From: an uncultured Bacilli bacterium
GTDB lineage: Bacteria > Bacillota_I > Bacilli_A > RF39 > UBA660
Assembly (NCBI GenBank): GCA_947628435.1
Contig: CANQZW010000005.1
Span: 1 to 60,263, forward strand
DNA length: 60,263 bases
Direction of reading: 5' to 3'
In this document: in pieces, positions 1 through 9,744 of the stretch
Numbering within the stretch: the first letter of the stretch is position 1
Layout of the letters: every line of letters starts with the position of its first letter
The notes under the pieces: model-generated
What the model was told of the DNA's origin: nothing
Database searches by the model: none
The model's input: only the letters and a program-made list of their open reading frames with translations
Position numbers and translations under genes: made by a program

Positions 1-77
1 GATATCATTTCTAATAATTTTATTAAAACTAATCAAAAATAACATATTAAATCAGTAAAATACCTAAACTCAAATAA

Positions 78-106
78 TTGACTTATTGTTACATTTATAT
101 TAAAAT
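78..106 (+). promoter_or_regulatory. sigma-A-type promoter of the surface-protein gene
   Basis: TTGACT (78-83), 17-nt spacer, TAAAAT (101-106), about 25 nt upstream of the ATG at 133. Confidence 0.45.
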
Positions 107-132
107 TATATTTAGAATAGAAGGTGTGTTTG

Positions 133-1218
133 ATGAAGAAGTTTTTAAATTTGATTTTATTTATATGTATATTTTGTTTTTGTGGGGTAATAAGGGTTGA
201 TGCTGCTACAATAAAACTTGATAAAACATCAGCTAAACCAGGTGAAAACGTAACCCTAACTGTTAGTGATGCAAAAAGTAATAGTGGATACACATTAGGT
301 TATGATAATACATTACTTGAAATTACTAGTGGTTCGTGTGGTGGATCAAATATTGAAACTGACAAAGTTAAAGATGGATGTAATGTTATTTTTAAGATAA
401 AACAAGCATCACTAACTAGTGATAAATCAGTTTCTTTTACGTTAACTGATAAAGCATCAAGTGAGGAAACTACTCCTATTACGTTAGTTATAAAAGCTAA
501 TACTGTTGTAACAACCCCAACAACGACTACAACCCAAGCCCCTAAATCAAATAATGCAAATTTAAAAACTTTAGAAGTAAAAGCAAATGATGGTAGTGAT
601 GTTGTATTATCTCCAGCGTTTAATAGTGGTGTTTATGATTATACAGCAACGGTTGACGCAACAATTAAAACGATTAATATAAACGCAACTTTAGAAGATA
701 ATAAATCAAATATGATAATTAGTAATAATGCTAATGAAGAGTTAGTTGCAGGAGAAAATAATAAAATAGTTATAACGGTAACGGCCGAAGATGGTGTTAC
801 TAAAAAGGCTTATAATATTAATATTAAAAGGGAAGCTTTGACTGCGGATGCTACTTTAAAATCTCTTGAAATAAAAGAGTGTAAGGATTTTAAATTTAAG
901 GAAGATAAGTTTTCTTATAATGTAAAGGTTGCAAATTCGGTTAATAGTTTAAGTATTGATTATGTTTTATCTTCTTTGGATGCAACCGTTAGTATTAGTG
1001 GTAATAAAAATTTAAAAAATGGTTCTAAGGTTAAGATTTTAGTAACGGCCGAGGATGGTACTAAAAAAGAGTATATATTAAACATAGTTAAATCATTAAA
1101 GGTTACTAAGAAAAATGTAAATAATGTAGTTCCAGAAAAGAATCCTTTGATTATAATGGCCTTATCAATGATTGGATTTGGACTTATAGGTGGAATAATT
1201 TATGTAGTTAAAAAGTAA
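133..1218 (+). CDS. secreted surface protein: cohesin-like N-domain, Thr-rich linker, two cadherin-like beta-sandwich modules, C-terminal TM anchor
   Basis: ORF track 124-1218. The GTG at 124 overlaps the SD AGAAGGTG; the ATG at 133 has about 7-nt spacing. Signal peptide MKKFLNLILFICIFCFCGVIRVDA. Linker TTPTTTTTQAPKS. Two ~90-aa modules (NANLKTLEV..YNINIKRE and DATLKSLEI..YILNIVK). Tail is a hydrophobic helix plus KK. Confidence 0.7.
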   Translation: MKKFLNLILFICIFCFCGVIRVDAATIKLDKTSAKPGENVTLTVSDAKSNSGYTLGYDNTLLEITSGSCGGSNIETDKVKDGCNVIFKIKQASLTSDKSVSFTLTDKASSEETTPITLVIKANTVVTTPTTTTTQAPKSNNANLKTLEVKANDGSDVVLSPAFNSGVYDYTATVDATIKTININATLEDNKSNMIISNNANEELVAGENNKIVITVTAEDGVTKKAYNINIKREALTADATLKSLEIKECKDFKFKEDKFSYNVKVANSVNSLSIDYVLSSLDATVSISGNKNLKNGSKVKILVTAEDGTKKEYILNIVKSLKVTKKNVNNVVPEKNPLIIMALSMIGFGLIGGIIYVVKK

Positions 1219-1235
1219 GGTAAACCTTACTTTTT
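1211..1235. terminator. bidirectional intrinsic terminator shared by the surface-protein gene and sigK
   Basis: AAAAGTAAGG-TAAA-CCTTACTTTT perfect 10-bp stem with A/T runs on both sides, lying between convergent stop codons. Confidence 0.7.
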
Positions 1236-1922
1236 ATCATTTTTAATAAATTCTCTTAAAATTTTGGTAAGAGCTCTTTTTTCTATTCTAGATACGTAGC
1301 TTCTTGATATTTTAAAATCTTTAGCAATTTGTTTTTGTGTTTGTTCTTTTTGATTATAAAGGCCATATCTTTTTATTATTATTTCTTTTTCTCTATCAGT
1401 TAAAACATCTATGAATTTGTATAATAATTTTATATTATCTTGTAAATCTATGTCACTAACGTAATCTGGATTAGGGGTTTTTAAAATATCTAAAAAAGAT
1501 ATTTCATTTCCTTCTTTATCAAATCCTACTGATTCGTTTATGCTTATGTTTTTAGCATTTTTTTTATTTGATCTATAAAACATTAGTATTTCATTTTCTA
1601 CGCATCTTGCAGCATAAGTTGTAAGTTTTGTTCCGTTTTTATTTGAAAACGTATCAATTCCTTTTATTAAGCCGATTGTTCCAATGCTTATTAAATCGTC
1701 GATATCATCTTTACCATTATCATATTTTTTTACGATGTGTGCAACTAATCTTAAATTATGTTCAATAAGCTTATTTCTTGCATTTTTATCACCATTAAGC
1801 ATTTGATTTATTAATTTATCTTCTTCTTGTTTAGTAAGTGGATCAGGAAAGGTTTTGCTACCATAACTTCCTGTACCAATTAAGATACCTTTTATTATTT
1901 GTGTAATAATACTTAAAAACAA
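1227..1922 (-). CDS. sigK: RNA polymerase sporulation sigma factor pro-sigma-K (uninterrupted)
   Basis: Strong similarity to B. subtilis SigK as I recall it: IEHNLRLVAHIVKKY, DLISIGTIGLIKGI, KLTTYAARCVENEILM, DKEGNEISFLDIL, ISRSYVSRIEKRAL. The track start (GTG 1931) is inside the SD AGGAG. The TTG at 1922 lies 8 nt after the SD, giving a ~20-aa pro-sequence ending ..GTGS/YGSKTFPDPL, like the Bacillus pro-sigK cleavage site. Confidence 0.9.
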   Translation of the reverse strand: MFLSIITQIIKGILIGTGSYGSKTFPDPLTKQEEDKLINQMLNGDKNARNKLIEHNLRLVAHIVKKYDNGKDDIDDLISIGTIGLIKGIDTFSNKNGTKLTTYAARCVENEILMFYRSNKKNAKNISINESVGFDKEGNEISFLDILKTPNPDYVSDIDLQDNIKLLYKFIDVLTDREKEIIIKRYGLYNQKEQTQKQIAKDFKISRSYVSRIEKRALTKILREFIKNDKK

Positions 1923-1999
1923 ATTTATCACTCCTGATAAATTATATGAAAAAATACACTTTATTTATGTTATAATAAAATCATAAAAGGGGATTAGAT

Positions 2000-2239
2000 A
2001 TGAATAAGAAAAAAGCAGTAAACATTATTTATGTGTTTGTTTTTTGTATTATAATATTAAATACTCTTGTATCATATTTTTCTTATAAGGAAATTTGCGA
2101 TAATAAAAAACCAAAAATAGCAATTAACGAGGTAAGAAAAGATGATAAAATTATATATAATTTATTACTTTATAAGGTAATAGTATATCAAAAAGAAAAT
2201 ATAAGAACGGTTAATCTAAAACTGTTTTTCTTAGATTAA
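2000..2239 (+). CDS. small membrane protein, unknown function
   Basis: 79-aa ORF, SD AAAGGGGA upstream, one N-terminal TM helix. Confidence 0.45.
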   Translation: MNKKKAVNIIYVFVFCIIILNTLVSYFSYKEICDNKKPKIAINEVRKDDKIIYNLLLYKVIVYQKENIRTVNLKLFFLD

Positions 2240-2255
2240 TTTGAAAGGGTAGTTT

Positions 2256-3152
2256 ATGGTAAATATAAGTTTTGATTTTAATTTGTTTAATAATTATTAT
2301 TATTTTTATGAACGTTTGTTAGTTATTCTTTTTTCACTTATCCCATCAGTTATATTAGTAGGTTTTGTATTATACTCTGATAGAAAAAGTAAAGAACCAA
2401 AAAAGAACATTATTATATGTTTATTATCTGGAATTTTAACAATTGCAGTTGCAGGTTATTTTGAAAATTTAATTATGCCATTTTTTTCTAATAACGTTAT
2501 ATTAACGTACGTATGGGCTTTTATTGAAGAGATATCTAAAATAGCAATTTTCTTTTTATTCATTTTTGATAATAAGCATTATGATGATATATATGATGGT
2601 TTAGTTTATATGATGCTTATTGCACTTTCTTTTGCAGGTTTGGAAAATATTATGTATGCTTTTTCAGAAAATACTGTATCAAATAGTATAAGTTTAGCTT
2701 TAATGCGTGATTTTACTACCATACCGCTTCATGTAATATGTGGTATTGTTATTGGATTTTTTATATCTCTTGGTAGTTTTTCTAAAGATAAAAATAAAAA
2801 ATATATTAATTTTAGTTTATGCGTATTAATTCCATCAATTATTCATGGAACATATAATACATTAATGAATTTACTTGGTAATTTAAAAATAGATTATAAT
2901 AATGTTATTCTTGTTATAATTTTTGAGATAATTCCATTATTGGTTATTATGGCTTTGCTTTTTTACATTGCAATTAAATTTTCTAAAAAAGCAATTGATC
3001 TTAATAATATATTTATAAATGATGGTAAATACGATGAAAAATATGATTATTTAATGACTAATAGTGAATATTATAATAGTTATTCTAGAGCTAAAAGAAT
3101 AAAACTATATAAGAAAATAAGTTTGATAAACAAAGAGGATGATATATCATGA
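2256..3152 (+). CDS. PrsW-family intramembrane metalloprotease
   Basis: Polytopic membrane ORF with the FIEEISK (EExxK) and IIHGTYN (HxxxN) motifs characteristic of PrsW-like proteases. Confidence 0.65.
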   Translation: MVNISFDFNLFNNYYYFYERLLVILFSLIPSVILVGFVLYSDRKSKEPKKNIIICLLSGILTIAVAGYFENLIMPFFSNNVILTYVWAFIEEISKIAIFFLFIFDNKHYDDIYDGLVYMMLIALSFAGLENIMYAFSENTVSNSISLALMRDFTTIPLHVICGIVIGFFISLGSFSKDKNKKYINFSLCVLIPSIIHGTYNTLMNLLGNLKIDYNNVILVIIFEIIPLLVIMALLFYIAIKFSKKAIDLNNIFINDGKYDEKYDYLMTNSEYYNSYSRAKRIKLYKKISLINKEDDIS

Positions 3153-3670
3153 TAAAAAGATTTTTACCAGACATATATAAAGAAAATATATTTACCATTA
3201 ATTATGATAAACTTAAAAAAAATGGGATTAAGTGTCTTTTATTTGATTTAGATAATACCATATCCCCTGCAAAGGAAGTAGTATTAGAAGATAAGGTAAA
3301 AAAATTATTTAATAAATTAAAAAAGGATTTTAAAGTGATTTTATTTTCTAATAATTTCCCTAAAAGGGTATGTAAGTTTGGTGATTTTTATTCGGTGGAT
3401 ATTGTGTGTCTTTCATTAAAGCCCTTAACGTATAAATATAAATATATATTAAAAAAATATAATTTTAAAAATACTGAAGTAGCGGCCATAGGAGATCAGT
3501 TATTAACGGATATTCAAGGTGGTAATAAAATGGGATTTACAACGATTTTAGTAAATCCTATTAGTGATATAGATGAAACTGAAACATGGCTTAACAGACA
3601 AATAGAAAAAAAGATATTTAAAGTTTTTGAAGAAAAACAGTATCTAAAAAAAGGAAGATATTATGACTAA
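3149..3670 (+). CDS. yqeG: YqeG-family HAD phosphatase
   Basis: LFDLDNT and IGDQLLTDIQGGNKMGFTTILV motifs; overlaps and precedes yqeH as in Bacillus. Confidence 0.8.
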   Translation: MIKRFLPDIYKENIFTINYDKLKKNGIKCLLFDLDNTISPAKEVVLEDKVKKLFNKLKKDFKVILFSNNFPKRVCKFGDFYSVDIVCLSLKPLTYKYKYILKKYNFKNTEVAAIGDQLLTDIQGGNKMGFTTILVNPISDIDETETWLNRQIEKKIFKVFEEKQYLKKGRYYD

Positions 3671-4676
3671 AAAATGTGCTGGATGTGGTGCTTTACTTCA
3701 AAGTGATGATCCAAAACAAGCGGGATATGTTGATTATAAGTTTTATTTTGATGCGGCCGTTTGCAGAAGGTGTTTTAGGATTAAAAATTATGGGGAATAC
3801 CAAGTTATAGATAAAAATACAAATGATTATAGAAAATTTTTTGATATCGTAAAAAGTAAGAAAGAGCTTGTTTTGTTTTTATGTGATGTTTTATCACTAG
3901 ACGATAGCATAAATGAACTTAATGAATTTAAAGGAAGTGTAATTTTAGTAATTACAAAAATAGATTTATTACCTAAATCTGTAAAACAAGCAAAATTAAA
4001 AAAATATATTAATGAAAATTATGATTTAAACGTAAAGGAAATTATTTTTTTAAGTAGTAAGAAAAATTATAATATTGATTTATTATTTAAATACATAAAT
4101 GAATATAAGAAAAGCGAAAAAGTATATTTAGTTGGTAATACTAATGCTGGTAAAAGTACTTTGATAAATACTTTAATTAAAAGTTTTAATACTAATTTTA
4201 ATAGTTTAATTACAACAAGTGTATCTCCCGCAACTACGCTTGATTTTATAGAGGTTAAATTAAATGATTCTATTACTTTAATTGATACTCCTGGTATTAT
4301 TGATAATAACAGTTTTTTATATAATGAAAAACCAAGTACAATAAAGTTAATATCTTGTAGATCTGAAATAAAACCAAGAACTTACCAAATGAAACCTAAT
4401 CAATCTATTATTATTGATAAGTATGCTAGGATAGATTATTTAAGTGATACAAAAAATAGTTTTACGCTATATTTATCTAACGATGTTAAAGTAAGAAGAA
4501 TAAATATTAATACTAATAGTTATTTAAAAGATTTAAAGTTAAATAGCTTTAATTTAGATGATAATAATGATATTGTAATAAATGGACTTTGCTTTTGTAA
4601 GATAACTAAAAAGGCTAAAGTAAATGTTTACGCAAAAGAAAATGTTAAAGTTTATAATAGAAAAAATCTAATATAA
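3663..4676 (+). CDS. yqeH: ribosome biogenesis GTPase YqeH
   Basis: N-terminal zinc ribbon CAGCG..CRRC, circularly permuted GTPase motifs (ITKIDLL, GNTNAGKST, DTPG). Confidence 0.85.
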   Translation: MTKKCAGCGALLQSDDPKQAGYVDYKFYFDAAVCRRCFRIKNYGEYQVIDKNTNDYRKFFDIVKSKKELVLFLCDVLSLDDSINELNEFKGSVILVITKIDLLPKSVKQAKLKKYINENYDLNVKEIIFLSSKKNYNIDLLFKYINEYKKSEKVYLVGNTNAGKSTLINTLIKSFNTNFNSLITTSVSPATTLDFIEVKLNDSITLIDTPGIIDNNSFLYNEKPSTIKLISCRSEIKPRTYQMKPNQSIIIDKYARIDYLSDTKNSFTLYLSNDVKVRRININTNSYLKDLKLNSFNLDDNNDIVINGLCFCKITKKAKVNVYAKENVKVYNRKNLI

Positions 4677-4740
4677 ATTTCTTGACAAAATAGTTTTATA
4701 ATATTATTATATCTTAATATTTTTGTAAGGGATGTTGTAT

Positions 4741-5439
4741 ATGAATAAAAAACAAAAATCAGTTGGAAACATTAATAAATATAATGTTTTTGTAATGGGT
4801 AAATTAAATGAAAAAACGTTAACAGAGTTTTTAAATAACCCAAGTTTGGATAAGTTTGATTCGAGATCTGAGGAGTTTTTTAAAGATGGTATAAATATGG
4901 GTTATTGGTTTGGATTAAATATGGATCGTATTATTTTTTCTGAAAATAAGTTATGTGTTGAAATAAAAAAACAATATGAATTAAAAAAGAAAAGAGATAA
5001 ATCAAGAAATATAATTTTTAAAAGAAAGTATAAGTATGAGTTTTATGCATTAAAAGATTTAAATAAATTTAATCGTAATAATGATTTAATTTTTAAAGAT
5101 GGATCAAAAATTGGAAAATGGTTAAAAGAAAATAAAAGAGATATTTTATCATCTGATGCTTTAATAGATAAACATATAAAAAAGCAGTATGAAAATTATT
5201 TAAAATTCAAGCGTTTAGAATTAGAATTTTTAAACGCACCAATAGATAAATTTTCACAATATAAATGTGTTAAATTTATGTCAGGAGCAATAATGAATTT
5301 TTGGTGGGAATGTAATATGGATATAATTCTATCATCAACGGATGAAATTTCTAATAATATAAGAACACAGTATGAGAAGTATTGTTCCTCTTATGGTAAA
5401 AATAACGATCAAAAAGAAGCTTTTATAAAAAAATTATAA
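4741..5439 (+). CDS. hypothetical protein with three internal ~70-aa repeats (possibly helicase-associated-domain-like)
   Basis: Repeats: FFKDGINMGYWFGLNMDRIIFS..IKKQYE / IFKDGSKIGKWLKENKRDILSS..IKKQYENY / FMSGAIMNFWWECNMDIILSS..IRTQYEKY. ATG 4741 chosen because ATG 4732 overlaps the SD AAGGGA. Confidence 0.55.
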   Translation: MNKKQKSVGNINKYNVFVMGKLNEKTLTEFLNNPSLDKFDSRSEEFFKDGINMGYWFGLNMDRIIFSENKLCVEIKKQYELKKKRDKSRNIIFKRKYKYEFYALKDLNKFNRNNDLIFKDGSKIGKWLKENKRDILSSDALIDKHIKKQYENYLKFKRLELEFLNAPIDKFSQYKCVKFMSGAIMNFWWECNMDIILSSTDEISNNIRTQYEKYCSSYGKNNDQKEAFIKKL

Positions 5440-5501
5440 GCTTCTTTTTTTTCGACATTAATTTTAAATATATTATCTTAATATGTAATTGGGTGATGAT
5501 T

Positions 5502-5960
5502 ATGAAAAAAACTTTTTTATGGATTTTTATAGCTTTAATATCAGGCGCAATATTAGGAAAATTAACATTTGATAAATATGAAAATTTAGATGTTAAGCCA
5601 GTAATTAGTTTAGATAAAAACGTTTATATGTTAAAATACGGAACGTATTCTAATTTAGATGAGATGCAAGATGATGTAACTACAATAGATAGATACGTTT
5701 ATATAGAAGATAATAACGAGGTTAAGGCTTATGTAGCTATTTGTACTACTAAAAAAAATATAGATAAAATAAAAGATATATATTCAAATAAAAACATTAA
5801 TTTAACAACCGAGAAAGTTAATATTGATAATAGTGAGTTTATACAAAATTTAAACGAATATGAAAAATTATTAGATGCGACTGATGATGAAAAATCATTA
5901 TTAATGATACAAAATCAAATTTTATCAAGCTATGAAAAGATGGTAGTTAATAATGAGTGA
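5502..5960 (+). CDS. membrane-anchored protein, possibly SPOR-like domain
   Basis: N-terminal TM helix, then a beta-alpha-beta-like segment (VYMLKYGTYSNLDEMQDD..AYVAICTTKKNIDKIKDIY). Start set by SD GGGTGA plus 5 nt. Confidence 0.4.
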   Translation: MKKTFLWIFIALISGAILGKLTFDKYENLDVKPVISLDKNVYMLKYGTYSNLDEMQDDVTTIDRYVYIEDNNEVKAYVAICTTKKNIDKIKDIYSNKNINLTTEKVNIDNSEFIQNLNEYEKLLDATDDEKSLLMIQNQILSSYEKMVVNNE

Positions 5961-6645
5961 TGTACTAATTAAACAAATTCCTGTTAGTGAAAGACCAAGA
6001 GAAAGATTAATTAAGTATGGCGCAAAAAGTTTGTCTACTGAGGATTTAATAGCAATTATTATGAAAACAGGAACAAAGGATTATTCGTCAAAATATTTGG
6101 CATCACAAGTGTTAAAATTAGTTAAAAATGTCTCGGATTTAAAAAACATAACATTAAATAATTTAATAAAAATTAATGGAATAGGAGTAGTTAAAGCAAT
6201 AGAATTTATCGCAGCATTAGAATTAGGTAGAAGAGTTTATGATGAGGTTTTACTTGAAAACAATTTGAAATGTAACAGTGCACAAAAAATATATAAACAT
6301 TTTAGATCAGAATTATTAGGAGTTAATCAAGAATATTTTTTTTGTTTATACTTAGATCAAAACAAACATTTAATTGATAAAAAATTATTATTTAAAGGTA
6401 CTTTAAATAAAAGTCTTATTCATCCAAGAGAAATATTTAAATGGGCTTATTTATCATCAGCGGCATACATAATATGTGTTCATAATCATCCGTCTGGAAA
6501 CGTTATTCCTTCTAGTGAGGATATTAATGTTACTGATGCTTTAGTTAAAATAGGAAAATTACAGGGTATTTTTGTTATTGATCACATAATAATAGGTAAT
6601 AATAATTATTATAGTTTTTATGAAAATGATGTATTAGAAAGGTGA
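5953..6645 (+). CDS. radC: RadC-family JAB-domain protein
   Basis: HhH segment plus JAMM-like motif CVHNHPSGNVIPSSED. Confidence 0.9.
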   Translation: MSDVLIKQIPVSERPRERLIKYGAKSLSTEDLIAIIMKTGTKDYSSKYLASQVLKLVKNVSDLKNITLNNLIKINGIGVVKAIEFIAALELGRRVYDEVLLENNLKCNSAQKIYKHFRSELLGVNQEYFFCLYLDQNKHLIDKKLLFKGTLNKSLIHPREIFKWAYLSSAAYIICVHNHPSGNVIPSSEDINVTDALVKIGKLQGIFVIDHIIIGNNNYYSFYENDVLER

Positions 6646-6650
6646 GTAAG

Positions 6651-7433
6651 GTGAAGAAAAAATTAAATACAAATAATAAAAAAGTAAGAAAGAAAATTAT
6701 TTTGTCAATTGTTTTATTAATATTTTTACTTTTTACATCTAGTTGTTTAGTATTAATTGAACGCAACTATTTTTTTGCTGAAAAAATATTTAAAGATGTA
6801 TCAAGTAAAATAAATTCTTACGTAGTTTCTAATTTTTATTCTGTAAATAATTCAAGTTCAAACGTACTTTTATCAAAAATAGAATATCTTCAAAAAGAAA
6901 ATAATGAATTAAGAAATAATTTAAAGTTAGATGAAAAAACGTATGATTATACGGATGCACAAATAATAAATCATACTATTAAAAATTGGTATGATAAAGT
7001 AGAAATTTCAAAAGGCTTTAATGCTGGTATAAAAAAAGATGATGTTGTTATATCAAAACAAGGCTTAGTAGGTTTTGTAAGTAAAGTTTCAAAAAACGCA
7101 AGTGAAGTAAGTTTAATTACAAGTGTATCAGATAAGAAAATGTTATCAGTTCTAGTGCAAACGTCTTACGGTAATTTATCTGGGGTTCTTAAGGATTATG
7201 ATTTAAAAAAAGGCTTGTTTAAGGTTACGGATGTTATGAGTAAAAATCCTATATTAGCAGGAGATAAAGTTGTTTTATCTGGATATGATAATGATTTATA
7301 TAAAGGAATATATATTGGTATGGTAGTTAAAGAACAAACAAGTAATTATGGTCTTAGTAAAACTTTGTGGGTAGAATCAAGTGTTAATTTTGATGATTTA
7401 CTATTTGTTCAAATAATAAAGGAGAAAAAATGA
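6651..7433 (+). CDS. mreC: rod shape-determining protein MreC
   Basis: TM helix, coiled coil (LQKENNELRNNL), beta-rich C-domain, position before mreD. GTG 6651 lies 5 nt after SD AGAAAGGTGA. Confidence 0.8.
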   Translation: MKKKLNTNNKKVRKKIILSIVLLIFLLFTSSCLVLIERNYFFAEKIFKDVSSKINSYVVSNFYSVNNSSSNVLLSKIEYLQKENNELRNNLKLDEKTYDYTDAQIINHTIKNWYDKVEISKGFNAGIKKDDVVISKQGLVGFVSKVSKNASEVSLITSVSDKKMLSVLVQTSYGNLSGVLKDYDLKKGLFKVTDVMSKNPILAGDKVVLSGYDNDLYKGIYIGMVVKEQTSNYGLSKTLWVESSVNFDDLLFVQIIKEKK

Positions 7434-7915
7434 TAATTACGATTATATTATTTATAATATCTATTTTACTTGAGGGTGTATTACCTAATATATTAAGAAA
7501 CATTACACCTTTTTTTGTAATTTGTGTAATTATATTAGGTAGTATATATAATAATAATCAAGATAAATTTTATTTATCGTGTTTTGTTTTTGGAATTATT
7601 TATGATCTTATTTATACAAACTTTATTTATTTACATGGTTTTATATATCTTTTTTTAGCATGGATTTCATTTTCTTTGTTAAATAAAAAAAGTGGATTTA
7701 TAAAGATCTTTCTTACTTATTTTTTACAAATGTTTATATATGTTTTTATATTGGTGTTATTTACTTTCTTTTATGGGCATTATGATTTTTATAAAATAAT
7801 TCATATATTATGTGATGGTATAATTGTAAATATAATATATTTTTTATTAGTTTATTTAACATACTTTGTCATTAATTGTATATTTAAGAATACAAACAAA
7901 AAATACTCATATTAA
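7430..7915 (+). CDS. mreD: rod shape-determining protein MreD
   Basis: 161-aa polytopic membrane ORF overlapping the mreC stop. Confidence 0.7.
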   Translation: MIITIILFIISILLEGVLPNILRNITPFFVICVIILGSIYNNNQDKFYLSCFVFGIIYDLIYTNFIYLHGFIYLFLAWISFSLLNKKSGFIKIFLTYFLQMFIYVFILVLFTFFYGHYDFYKIIHILCDGIIVNIIYFLLVYLTYFVINCIFKNTNKKYSY

Positions 7916-7932
7916 TGAATTAGGTGATTAAT

Positions 7933-8541
7933 ATGATAAGTAAAGATTCATTTAATAAAATAAATAAAGTAAAAGCTACTGATGAAAAAAATAATAGTTT
8001 TTTAAAGAAAATTATCTTTTCAACAACAGTTAAAATTTTAATTATTATAATACTTTTTTTATCATCTCTTATATATATAAAACAAAGTGATAAAAATAAA
8101 AAAAATTATGAGAAAATAGTTTATAATAATTCACTTTCTTTTGCAAAAATTTATAATGTTTATAAACAATATTTAGGAGATGTTATACCATTTAAAAATA
8201 CTATGAAAGATGATGCTAAATTAGTTTCTTCTGAAAAAATAGCATATGAAAAAATACAAAAAGAAAATAATGGGTATATGTTATTAGTTTCTAATAATTA
8301 TGTTGTTCCAACAATTAAAAGTGGGATAGTAATTAAAGTAGATGAAAAAGGTTTATATAAAACACTTATAACGATTCAAGATAAAAATGGACTTAATATT
8401 ACATATGGATGTTTAAATAACCTTAACGTTAAACTATATGATTATGTAGAAAAAGGAGAAATATTAGGTAGTGCTGATAAAAAATTATATTTAATTTTTG
8501 AAAAGGATGATAAGTATTTATCTTATGAGGAGTATATATAA
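7933..8541 (+). CDS. spoIVFA: SpoIVFA-like protein (degenerate LytM/M23 domain)
   Basis: TM helix plus C-terminal LytM-like beta segment (GIVIKVDE..GLNITYGCLNNLNVKLYDYVEKGEILG). Sits immediately upstream of spoIVFB as in Bacillus. Confidence 0.55.
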   Translation: MISKDSFNKINKVKATDEKNNSFLKKIIFSTTVKILIIIILFLSSLIYIKQSDKNKKNYEKIVYNNSLSFAKIYNVYKQYLGDVIPFKNTMKDDAKLVSSEKIAYEKIQKENNGYMLLVSNNYVVPTIKSGIVIKVDEKGLYKTLITIQDKNGLNITYGCLNNLNVKLYDYVEKGEILGSADKKLYLIFEKDDKYLSYEEYI

Positions 8542-9301
8542 GAAAATAGAAATTAAAAAAGAACTTTTAATATTGCTTTTTTTAGCATTTATTTCAGGTT
8601 TATTTAGAGATGTTTTAATCTTTTTTATGGTTATTTTTATACATGAACTAGGGCATATTACAAGTTCATTATTATATAATTGGAAAATTAAAAAGGTAAG
8701 CTTTGGAATTTGTGGTGGGTATATTACTTATGATGAAAAAATAGATAAATCGTTTAAAGAAGAATTTTTAATTGCCATATCTGGTTTTTTATTTCAAATT
8801 CTGTTTTATTTAATCGCATACTTTTTCTATAATAATAACATAATAGATATAAAATTAATGATGCTTATAAAAAAATATAATTATGGTATTTTCATATTTA
8901 ATATTCTTCCTATTGTACCTCTTGATGGTTCTAAAATAATAAATGTCATATTAAATATTATTTTTCCATATAAAAAATCTCTTAAGTTAACTTTTTTACT
9001 TTCTTTTTTATGTATTGTTTTAGTAACTTTATATATGGTTTTTTTTGGAATTAAATTAGAATTAAGTTATTTAGTGATTTTATTATTTTTATTAAAAAAG
9101 ATAATTGATTTATATAAAGATATTCCAAATTTATTTAATAGGTTTTTGTTTGAAAGATATGCATATCCAAATAAAAATAATAAAATAAATATTATTAAGG
9201 GGTGTTTTTTAAACAAATTAAAAAGGCAAACAACTAGCGTTTTTATAATAAATAAAAAAAGATATAAAGAATCTGAAATACTATCGAAAGTATTTGACTA
9301 A
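8498..9301 (+). CDS. spoIVFB: SpoIVFB site-2 metalloprotease (pro-sigma-K processing)
   Basis: HELGH in a TM helix and NILPIVPLDGSKI (NxxPxxxLDG) motif. True start uncertain: TTG 8498, ATG 8507 or ATG 8525. Confidence 0.8.
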   Translation: MKRMISIYLMRSIYKKIEIKKELLILLFLAFISGLFRDVLIFFMVIFIHELGHITSSLLYNWKIKKVSFGICGGYITYDEKIDKSFKEEFLIAISGFLFQILFYLIAYFFYNNNIIDIKLMMLIKKYNYGIFIFNILPIVPLDGSKIINVILNIIFPYKKSLKLTFLLSFLCIVLVTLYMVFFGIKLELSYLVILLFLLKKIIDLYKDIPNLFNRFLFERYAYPNKNNKINIIKGCFLNKLKRQTTSVFIINKKRYKESEILSKVFD

Positions 9302-9324
9302 TTTATTTATGTATGATAAAATTA

Positions 9325-9425
9325 ATTCGTTTGAATGAACTTCTTGTTCTTCAACCACACAGAAAAGGTTTAAAGTAAACAATTATGTACCTTAATGGTG
9401 AGTCTATTAAATGAGAAGGAGGAAT
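9325..9425 (+). promoter_or_regulatory. structured leader of the rplU-prp-rpmA operon (L21-leader-like)
   Basis: Hairpins TTGAATGAAC-TTCTT-GTTCTTCAA and AAGGT..ACCTT in the 128-nt gap before rplU. Firmicute L21 operons are known to carry a conserved leader. Confidence 0.4.
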
Positions 9426-9429
9426 AAAT

Positions 9430-9729
9430 ATGAAAGCAGTTATTGAAACTGGTGGTAAACAATATCGTGTTGAAGAAGGCTCAGTTATATACGTTGAAAA
9501 ATTAGACGTAGAAGCTGGAAAAACATATACTTTTGATAAAGTAATTATGGCTGGTGATAAAGTTGGAACTCCATATGTTAAAGGAGCTAACGTAGAAGCA
9601 AAAGTAGAAAAACATGGTAAACAAAAAAAGATTGTTATTTTTAAGTATTTACAAAAGAAAAGCTCTCATAAAAAACAAGGTCATCGTCAACCATATACTA
9701 AGCTTACAATTACTAAAATTAACGCCTAG
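9430..9729 (+). CDS. rplU: 50S ribosomal protein L21
   Basis: [25 protein letters not shown].. canonical L21 N-terminus. Confidence 0.95.
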   Translation: MKAVIETGGKQYRVEEGSVIYVEKLDVEAGKTYTFDKVIMAGDKVGTPYVKGANVEAKVEKHGKQKKIVIFKYLQKKSSHKKQGHRQPYTKLTITKINA

Positions 9730-9744
9730 TTATTGGTGATTTAT

